A stretch of DNA of 54,307 nucleotides from Thermoplasmata archaeon (GCA_020348445.1 CP070751.1:4137872-4192178); one strand, 5' to 3'. Shown: positions 29,401-36,329, numbered from the stretch's first letter. Notes: generated by a model not told the origin, from the letters alone. Made by a program: numbers and translations.

Positions 29401-30555
29401 TTGGTCTTATCCATGCGGTTTGAGGCCCAAATATCGGAGAATCAGAGAAATCAGTTGGTGCATAGTATGGCTGTAAAGGACAAGGGTAAGAAAAGAATGC
29501 AGGGTGTGATGCTACTTTCGGTTTTATCGTTCGCTTTGGGTTTTATATTGATCGGGGCTGGGATATTTTCTGTTGTCACAAATTCTGACTCTATAATGAG
29601 CAACATAAACCTTGTTGCTCAACAGGATGTGACTGCAGCTGCCGCAGCATCCATGATCATTTCAATAATATTTTTCTTTATAGGTCTTGGACTTTGGTTT
29701 ACCAGGGGATGGGCAAAATCGATACTGCTTATATTTGCCGGGCTGGGTCTTATTTATTTCATTTTACGGGGACTATTTATTGCCTCCTCAGTTGCCAGTT
29801 CCCGGGACGGTATCACCTCCTCGGAGACCATAGGTTCCGGCATCACGGCAATCTGTCTTGTGGCATCGATATTTATTCTGTGGTACTTTACGCGGCAAAG
29901 CGTGATCATATTGTTTGAGGCAAAGGAGATGAAGCTCACAAAAAGGAAGATCAGAGCAATAGAGGAAAAAATAGAGCTGGGAAGGCAGAGATGCAATGCA
30001 GGGGAAATTTCAAAGGCTGAGCTGTCGAAATTGAGATCAGACTGTATTGCCGAAGAAAGGCTTCTTCGAGCCAAGATCAGGCATTTCGAGAAACTGCGCC
30101 TTTCCAGGGAAAGGAAAATCAAGGAAAAAGTGGAAGGAAGAAAAAAGGCAAAGGAGGAAAAACAGGCTAAGAAGGAGAAAAAGCTGGCAGAGAAGGAGAA
30201 GAAGGCTGAAGAGAAAGTAGGGTTTGAATGCCCGGATTGCGGTGCCGACGTTAAAGAAGATGAAACCGTCTGTCCAAAATGCGGAGCAGAGTTCGAAGAG
30301 GAGGAAGAGGAAAAGCCCAAAAAGAAGAAGGCCAAAGGCGAAGAGAAGGAAGAGAAGGAAGAGGAAAAACCCAAAAAAAAGAAGCCTAAAGGTGAGGAGG
30401 AGGAAGAAGAAAGGGAAAAGAAATCCAAGAAGAAATCCAAAAAGAGGAAGGCCAAAGATGAGGAGGAGGAAGAAGAAACGGAAAAGAAATCCAAGAAGAA
30501 ATCCAAAAAGAGGAAGACCAAAGACGAGGAAGTGGAAGAAGAGGCAGAAGAGTGA
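29401..30555 (+). CDS. Four-TM membrane protein with coiled-coil, Zn ribbon and Lys/Glu-rich repeat tail
   Basis: Four hydrophobic helices; FECPDCGADVKEDETVCPKCGAEF; likely start ATG 29467 after GGTG. Confidence 0.7.
   Translation: MVLSMRFEAQISENQRNQLVHSMAVKDKGKKRMQGVMLLSVLSFALGFILIGAGIFSVVTNSDSIMSNINLVAQQDVTAAAAASMIISIIFFFIGLGLWFTRGWAKSILLIFAGLGLIYFILRGLFIASSVASSRDGITSSETIGSGITAICLVASIFILWYFTRQSVIILFEAKEMKLTKRKIRAIEEKIELGRQRCNAGEISKAELSKLRSDCIAEERLLRAKIRHFEKLRLSRERKIKEKVEGRKKAKEEKQAKKEKKLAEKEKKAEEKVGFECPDCGADVKEDETVCPKCGAEFEEEEEEKPKKKKAKGEEKEEKEEEKPKKKKPKGEEEEEEREKKSKKKSKKRKAKDEEEEEETEKKSKKKSKKRKTKDEEVEEEAEE
30415..30546 (+). repeat. Two near-identical 66-nt tandem units (EKKSKKKSKKRK.KDEE.EEE.)
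   Basis: gaaaagaaatccaagaagaaatccaaaaagaggaag at 30415 and again at 30481. Confidence 0.9.
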
Positions 30556-30646
30556 GAAAAAAAGCCATATATTGACGGTGATTGCTGAATACTCTTAGAT
30601 ACACGAATCCTAAAGTTTATATACGGGCATGTAGGTCTATATTTGT

Positions 30647-31792
30647 ATGCCTGTCGATGACATTAGAGATACGTTGCTGACAGTGGTCTTTATAGTCGGA
30701 GTTATTGTGATTACTATTATGGTTTTTAGAATAATGCTTAAGGTTCGTCGGGGTTCAAAACCTAAAAATATGAAGGAGCCCAGGGTTTTGAAGGCTGTTT
30801 CTGCCACTCCAGATATGGACGACCTGTTCAATGCAATCACTTCCTCCAGAAGAATAGCCACGGATTTAAAGAGAAGAGGAATCGATACAAGCTCGGCTGA
30901 TGACTTGATTTCAAAGGCCAGTGAAGAATACGAGATTGGAAGGGAAGCTAAGGCAAAATTGTACATAAGTGAGGCCAAAGAGCTGCTTTTAAGATCAAAG
31001 AAAGAATGGGACGAAAAGACCGGTTTTGATGTGGTTCCCATAACTTCGACCATGGGGGAGAAACCCACTCTGAAAAAAACTCTGGATGTAGCGGATGAAG
31101 CGAGCCTAAGTACCTCAGAACCTGTCAAGCCCGATGAGGTTTTCCCAGAGCTTAAGAAAGCAGAAAAGAAAAAGCCAGATAACTACCTCCCCTCGAAATT
31201 TACGATATCCTTGGCGGGTACAGCAATCGAGAATGCCCAAAGGGAGGGTGCAAACGTGGGCGAGGCCCAAAGATACCTTATAGAGGCCAAAGCCTACTTT
31301 GATCGCGAGGATTACGACGGTGCTTTTAAATCGGCCCTATGCTCCAAGAGGGAAGCCGAAGCACTTCTTGGAATGGCTCCAACTACGGGGGAGGAGAGAA
31401 AGAGGGTGATGTCGGACTTGGCCATGGACACCGAGGAACTCAAGATATGCTCAATTTGCGGCAAGAATAGAATCCCTTACATTTGCATCGAGGTCGCGGG
31501 AGGAGAAGAGGCGACATGCAAAGAATGTTATGACAGGTCCATGGGAAAGATCGCATTGGAAGAAAAAAAGCTACCACCGCCACCACCTCCACCGCCTGAA
31601 GAAAAAGAGGAGGAAAAGGGGGAAGAGCAGAACTTCTGCCCCAACTGCGGTGCAAAGGTGAAAGAAGATGATGTTTTTTGCGGGAAATGTGGCAAACCGG
31701 TACAGGAGGAGTTAAAATGCGCGGGGTGCGGGACGAAGATTGAGCCAGGAGATGTTTTCTGCAGAAAATGCGGGGCTAGGATGGTTACTTAG
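30647..31792 (+). CDS. Single-TM-anchored helical protein with Cys-rich finger, Pro-rich linker and double Zn ribbon
   Basis: N-terminal TM; two similar helical repeats (A..LI..A...Y); CSIC..C..CKEC; CPNC..CGKC..CAGC..CRKC. Confidence 0.75.
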   Translation: MPVDDIRDTLLTVVFIVGVIVITIMVFRIMLKVRRGSKPKNMKEPRVLKAVSATPDMDDLFNAITSSRRIATDLKRRGIDTSSADDLISKASEEYEIGREAKAKLYISEAKELLLRSKKEWDEKTGFDVVPITSTMGEKPTLKKTLDVADEASLSTSEPVKPDEVFPELKKAEKKKPDNYLPSKFTISLAGTAIENAQREGANVGEAQRYLIEAKAYFDREDYDGAFKSALCSKREAEALLGMAPTTGEERKRVMSDLAMDTEELKICSICGKNRIPYICIEVAGGEEATCKECYDRSMGKIALEEKKLPPPPPPPPEEKEEEKGEEQNFCPNCGAKVKEDDVFCGKCGKPVQEELKCAGCGTKIEPGDVFCRKCGARMVT

Positions 31793-31807
31793 CCCAAAAA
31801 TAAATAA

Positions 31808-32851
31808 CTACTTTTTCTTCAAAGTCATTCTTCTTTTAGGCCTTGTATAGACCTTCTTTGGCATGCCCGAGGTTTCATCGAATTTAGTGTTTATACGCCC
31901 CAAATGGATTTCCTGTTCCTTTATCTCGGGAGAAAGATGCTTTTCAAATTCTGAGTAATTCATGTCATTCCAGGTGAGGTAGACTATGTAGTCCGCGATC
32001 TCGTTTTTCATGGACTCTGCTGCTTGCTCCAAATCGATTTTGCCCTTTGGAACGTATATGGTGGGAGTCAGGTTCATTATGGCCTTTATGGTCAATTCGC
32101 CGCCATTTGGAGTTATCCTGAAGAAATTTCCCTTTCCCTCCGAAGAATCCCCAGTACTCTTTTCAAAGGGCAGTATGCGCAGCACATTGCCCAAAGGACC
32201 CTGCTGGATATTAACATCATCATCCAAAAGTTCCCTATCCAAATCCGAAATAAGCTTCTCCTCGATTTCTCTTATCATTTTTGCTAAATTAGGTTTTTTG
32301 TCAAAGCTTTGTTCATATTTCAGATGGACCTTGGAGTTTATCTGGCGCATATGGTCCTTGAAGTTGATTGAGTTCACAAGGTTCTCCTTGATCTTCTTGG
32401 GCTTCTTTCGTTGCATCATATAGCACTGTATGTTCTCTACATCTGTCACAATTGAAACGTAGTTCTTCATCTTGCTGGACCTGCTTTTCAGCATGGCGTC
32501 ATCAGTGCCTGAGTGAAAGAGCTCAGAAACACCATAGAGCTTACGAAACTCACCTGTTTCGAAATCCATCTTAAATGGATGCGAATGGTACAATCCAACA
32601 ATGCCCACATTCCTTGGGAACATAACGGCAAGTTTCGCCTCCTCGGCAGGATCAGATTCTGCGCTGTATCGGGACTGCCTCTTGTAATTTGTGCAGGGCA
32701 CTGCATCGCAGATGTAGACAGTATCCTCAGTAAAAAATCCAGTGAGCCAACCCAAAACCTCAAAACCATGCTCTCTGGCACCCTCCAGAGCATGCTCGGA
32801 TATAACCCGTTTTAGGTCGCGTTTCATCACCAGGTTTTTTTGCTCAGCCAT
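31808..32851 (-). CDS. JAB/MPN+ (JAMM) metallopeptidase with ODR4-like C-terminal region; candidate modifier maturase/deconjugase
   Basis: EV.GWL.G, GLYHSHP, S-x2-D (HSGTDD); last gene of the UFM-like operon. Confidence 0.8.
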   Translation of the reverse strand: MAEQKNLVMKRDLKRVISEHALEGAREHGFEVLGWLTGFFTEDTVYICDAVPCTNYKRQSRYSAESDPAEEAKLAVMFPRNVGIVGLYHSHPFKMDFETGEFRKLYGVSELFHSGTDDAMLKSRSSKMKNYVSIVTDVENIQCYMMQRKKPKKIKENLVNSINFKDHMRQINSKVHLKYEQSFDKKPNLAKMIREIEEKLISDLDRELLDDDVNIQQGPLGNVLRILPFEKSTGDSSEGKGNFFRITPNGGELTIKAIMNLTPTIYVPKGKIDLEQAAESMKNEIADYIVYLTWNDMNYSEFEKHLSPEIKEQEIHLGRINTKFDETSGMPKKVYTRPKRRMTLKKK

Positions 32852-32868
32852 GATTTATTCACTCCGCT

Positions 32869-33750
32869 TTACTTGGTCATCTCGTCGAACATCTTGGCAG
32901 CTTCCTCGATTTTTCTGAGTTTTTCATCATCCAATTTATCCTTTGCCTCACCGCAGACAGGACATTTGGGGTCCCTCTCCCAATCGTACCTCTCTATCAC
33001 ACCCCTTATGCCGTTGTACATCAGATAATTGGCAACATCCCCGAATTCGAGTAGATACTTGAAGCCTTCCTGACACTGTAGGGCCGCGATTATGGTCATC
33101 GTGGTGGGAAGGGAGGTCAGGTGGCATATTCCAGTTTGTCTGTCCTTTCCAGGCTCCTCTAGTTCGAGGTAGAGCATCGGATCCTCTTTAACAGAAACTG
33201 TTTTTTCGGACTTTTCCTTTCCCAGACCCAAGGTGTGCCTGTGGCATCTGTAGCATGCTGTTTTTCCTGGTATCACCACCTGAACAGATCCTCTTATTCC
33301 GTCTAGGCTTGCTCCACCGTCTATGAACGTCCTCTTTTGCTCGACACATTTGGCGTTCATAAAAAGGCGAACACCGAAAGTGTCCACGCAGCCAAATATC
33401 ACATCCGATTTTCCCACCTCATCCATGAACGCTTTATACCCGTCCCCGGAGGTGATATTAAAGGGATGTGCAACGATATCGATTTGCTCATTGATCTCCA
33501 AGAGGTATTCCGAGAGTGCCTCCACCTTGAACTTGCCGATCTGATTGGGTTTGTATATCATCCTGTTCATGTTGGCCATCTCGAGAGTGTCATAGTCCAT
33601 GATAACCAATCTTCCAATGCCCACCCTTACTAAAATCTCGGCCACGGTGGCGCCCAGACCTCCCACTCCCACCACTAAGGCGCTCTTTTCGCGCAACTTC
33701 GAGAAATCGGCGAATTCAAATAGAGTCAGTCGCTGATATCTTTCGTCCAT
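32869..33750 (-). CDS. uba5: UBA5-like E1 activating enzyme (ThiF/MoeB/E1 superfamily)
   Basis: VGVGGLG, DYD..E.ANMNR, NIT....FMD, CVD, PG.TACYRC, GICHLTSLPTTM, KYLLEFG.V.NYL.YN, CPVC; start ATG 33750 (or TTG 33759). Confidence 0.85.
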   Translation of the reverse strand: MDERYQRLTLFEFADFSKLREKSALVVGVGGLGATVAEILVRVGIGRLVIMDYDTLEMANMNRMIYKPNQIGKFKVEALSEYLLEINEQIDIVAHPFNITSGDGYKAFMDEVGKSDVIFGCVDTFGVRLFMNAKCVEQKRTFIDGGASLDGIRGSVQVVIPGKTACYRCHRHTLGLGKEKSEKTVSVKEDPMLYLELEEPGKDRQTGICHLTSLPTTMTIIAALQCQEGFKYLLEFGDVANYLMYNGIRGVIERYDWERDPKCPVCGEAKDKLDDEKLRKIEEAAKMFDEMTK

Positions 33751-34229
33751 TGTAACCAACCTTTTTCTTTAAGATGGAAAATAACGCTCTGAAGCCAGTA
33801 GGACACCTCCCTTTTCAGATAAAGTGCGAGACTGCAGTGCTCGTTCCACCAGTAATTCTGCTCCATGTGCATGTCGCAGATGCGAAGGCCGAGGATAGGG
33901 TCATCAAGCTTTCTATCAGTGTAGCGCATGAGCTCCGGTATCCTTGCGGCAGGGGGAGTGTGCGGGTACGAATCAGTGAACACCAGTTCTATTAGGTAGT
34001 TTCTGCCCTCGGCTGTCAGGGTGCCCTCCCATCTTGTGGCATCATCGCCGATGGGTCTGATAGAGAACCACCTTTCCTCCTCCTGGTTCTTCTCCATGTA
34101 ATCAACGTACTGCATGTACTTCAAAAGAGCGTACTTCTCCTCTTTGACCCTAAGTGGCCACATCTCATTCCCGGGAGAAGCCACGGTTGAACATTGTAAG
34201 AAATAGAATAAATCAGGTTCTTGTTTCAC
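33726..34229 (-). CDS. ufc1: UFC1-like E2 conjugating enzyme
   Basis: W..R.KEE..AL..Y, WF, TRW.G, YP.T.P, PEL..T, RIC (catalytic Cys 33876-33878), W...C.LA, WL....L..KG.LQ. Confidence 0.82.
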   Translation of the reverse strand: MKQEPDLFYFLQCSTVASPGNEMWPLRVKEEKYALLKYMQYVDYMEKNQEEERWFSIRPIGDDATRWEGTLTAEGRNYLIELVFTDSYPHTPPAARIPELMRYTDRKLDDPILGLRICDMHMEQNYWWNEHCSLALYLKREVSYWLQSVIFHLKEKGWLQWTKDISD

Positions 34230-34324
34230 GACATCACTTTTTTTATTTGACTAATTCAATATGACGATTACAAGAGCAATTAAATGTATGAAAGTCCTCT
34301 ACTAATTCTTTGTTTTCGATGGAA

Positions 34325-34585
34325 CTAGGTGCCCACAACAGATGGGTCTATGACATGGATATTCGTGCCCTGCTCGATGACTTTTTCAACGGTCCCGCCG
34401 GTAATCGGCGTTCCTGCAGGATATGTGGCACTGAGAATGCTGGGATCCTTGCCCTGTTTTTTTGCAGCCAAAACCAGTGCCTCCTGAAACAGCATCTCCT
34501 TTGGAACCTGGACCGTTACAACGGGCTTCTCCGGCTCTGAAATGAACGTGAAACGAAGTGCAACCTTATTGTCCATTCTAACCAT
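34325..34585 (-). CDS. ufm1: UFM1-like beta-grasp modifier with C-terminal VG-T
   Basis: KV..T..SEP..P...VP....F...L..AA...G..I..T...V...G....I....VG-T; colinear with UFM1 and gap-free over the first ~56 positions; GGAGTGA RBS. Confidence 0.8.
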   Translation of the reverse strand: MVRMDNKVALRFTFISEPEKPVVTVQVPKEMLFQEALVLAAKKQGKDPSILSATYPAGTPITGGTVEKVIEQGTNIHVIDPSVVGT

Positions 34586-34623
34586 AATCTCACTCCCTGA
34601 TTGTTAGAATGATTGCGTTGAGG

Positions 34624-34633
34624 TTATATATTT
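34624..34633 (-). promoter_or_regulatory. Candidate archaeal TATA box for the UFM-like operon
   Basis: AAATATATAA on the minus strand about 40 nt upstream of ATG 34585; only strong TATA-like run in that interval. Confidence 0.4.
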
Positions 34634-34853
34634 GTTGCGGTGTTGTTGTGAGATTTTTGAGGATAAATCTGGATTTGGGGATTATGAGGGCGGATATTAT
34701 CGCTTGGGAAATCATATTTGTGAAGTTTATCTTTGCCTATTAGAGGATGAACACCAAGAGCAATACGGGGGTGGATTTAATCCTCATTTTATATCGAGGA
34801 AATAATCCCAAAAGATTTATCTATTTTGACCCTATTCACAGTTCGGGAAGATA

Positions 34854-35258
34854 ATGCAACATGTCAAAATCTCTAAAAAAGAGCTAAGAAATGTTGCCAA
34901 GCTGTACGAGAGCGTCATGTCGAGCGCGTGCAACGGGCTGTTCTTCAGGGAGGGATCAGCCTATGGAGAGGAGATCACGGCCCCCGCACTTAAGGAAAGG
35001 GAAAAATTCTGGGAGATAGTTAAAAATGAGCTGATAGAGCGTGGCTGGGTTACGGATGTCACATTCAAAGAGAATAAGATCACGGTAAAAGGCTCCATCG
35101 AGTCCTACAAAAACGACGAGCCTACATGCCACAGGCTAAGAGGGATAATTCGTCATATTTACGAGACATATAGAAATGAGAAGCTTTTTGTATCTGAAAA
35201 AAAATGTGAAAGTACAGGGGCAAAATCCTGTGTATTTGCTATAGAATCCATCGATTAA
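34854..35258 (+). CDS. V4R-domain protein
   Basis: LF.REG..YG, RGW, CH.LRGI, E.KC.S.G...C.F. Confidence 0.75.
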   Translation: MQHVKISKKELRNVAKLYESVMSSACNGLFFREGSAYGEEITAPALKEREKFWEIVKNELIERGWVTDVTFKENKITVKGSIESYKNDEPTCHRLRGIIRHIYETYRNEKLFVSEKKCESTGAKSCVFAIESID

Positions 35259-35268
35259 AGATGGTAAT

Positions 35269-36270
35269 ATGTCCATAATTTTTGAATTGTCACAAGAACA
35301 TGAAAGCCTTCCAAAGGCAGAGATTATCGCATGTCTTTTGGCCGAGGAAATCAAATTCAATATCGAGGAGGAAGATCTGGGTATTTTGGTGGTAAATGCA
35401 CCAGATTTGGACATCCAATACCTCATCGGAAGACTGGCTCTAACACATGTCATCGACGAGCTTCTTTTTTCCTGCAAAGCAGATGAATCCATTGACACAA
35501 AGAATACTATTAAAATAGGCGAAGGCAGTTTTGCTGTTCGGGCCAAGAGAATACAGAGGTTGAATGAGCAACTTGATCTGAAAGAGATTGAAAAGGTGGT
35601 GGCAGACCTTGTTGGGGACGAGAACCCTGTGGACTTAACATATCCAGATCACGAGATTCGGGTAATAGTCTCCAACAGATGCCACATTGGAAAAAAACTC
35701 GCCAAAATCGATAGGAGCTCCTTCGAGGAAAGAAAAGTGGCCAACAGGCCTTATTTCTCTCCTGTGTCCCTTCACCCAAGGCTGGCCAGGGCCCTAGTGA
35801 ATCTTTCAAGGGTGAAGGAGGGACAGACTCTGCTGGATCCGTTCTGCGGAACAGGAGGGGTGTTGATGGAGGCAGCCCTGATAGGTGCAAGACCCGTGGG
35901 AAGCGACGTTGACAAGAGAATGGTGAAAGGTTGCAGAAAGAACCTCGAACACCTTGACATTCAGGTTTCGGAAATTTTTTGTGCGGATATAAGTGAGGTG
36001 GTGGGCAGGGTAAAAGAGGTGGAGGCCATAGCAACTGACCCCCCTTATGGGAAGGCTGCAACTACGAACCGCGAAGACGTTTTTGCTCTATATGAAAGGA
36101 CGTTTGAGACCTTCAATAAGATCCTTAAGCCAGGAGGTTATGCCTCAGTGGTGCTGCCCCATGCAGAATTAATAAAAATGGGGGAGGATTTCTTGAGCTT
36201 AGAGGAAACCCATGCCATGAGGGTGCACAGGTCCCTAACAAGGAACTTTTGTGTGTACAAAAAAGAATAG
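35269..36270 (+). CDS. trmG10: tRNA (guanine(10)-N2)-methyltransferase, THUMP plus MTase
   Basis: RPYFSPVSLHPRLARALVNLS, LLDPFCGTGG, TDPPYG, VHRSLTR. Confidence 0.9.
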   Translation: MSIIFELSQEHESLPKAEIIACLLAEEIKFNIEEEDLGILVVNAPDLDIQYLIGRLALTHVIDELLFSCKADESIDTKNTIKIGEGSFAVRAKRIQRLNEQLDLKEIEKVVADLVGDENPVDLTYPDHEIRVIVSNRCHIGKKLAKIDRSSFEERKVANRPYFSPVSLHPRLARALVNLSRVKEGQTLLDPFCGTGGVLMEAALIGARPVGSDVDKRMVKGCRKNLEHLDIQVSEIFCADISEVVGRVKEVEAIATDPPYGKAATTNREDVFALYERTFETFNKILKPGGYASVVLPHAELIKMGEDFLSLEETHAMRVHRSLTRNFCVYKKE

Positions 36271-36329
36271 GTATTTGGTTTGTACTAATTAATAAAAAAA
36301 ATAAAAAAGAAATTTAGTTGACCTTAGTT

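Noticed and set aside
29754-30521. 255-aa Phe/Ser-rich minus-strand ORF (also 15860-16099, 24975-25355, 43376-43894)
   Set aside because: Antisense shadows of low-complexity Lys/Glu, Asp or purine-rich sequence
29401-30555. DDRGK1/UFBP1 homolog (TM plus charged region)
   Set aside because: Only compositional similarity; no DDRGK motif or winged-helix/PCI domain, and four TMs rather than one
32869-34585. Reading the E1 plus small Ubl as an ordinary MoeB/ThiF-MoaD/ThiS/SAMP sulfur-carrier pair
   Set aside because: The modifier ends VG-T rather than GG, an E2 with catalytic Cys lies between the two genes, the E1 has UBA5-type ANMNR and SLPTTM motifs, and no MoaE/ThiG/rhodanese gene is nearby
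31808-34585. Canonical ubiquitin operon (Ub-E1-E2-RING-JAB, Caldiarchaeum type)
   Set aside because: No LRGG ubiquitin, no HPN motif in the E2, no RING gene in the operon, and the E1 is the short single-domain type
34854-35258. V4R gene as a regulator of the UFM-like operon
   Set aside because: It is divergent and nearby but has no DNA-binding domain and appears co-transcribed with trmG10 (10-nt gap); no evidence of a link
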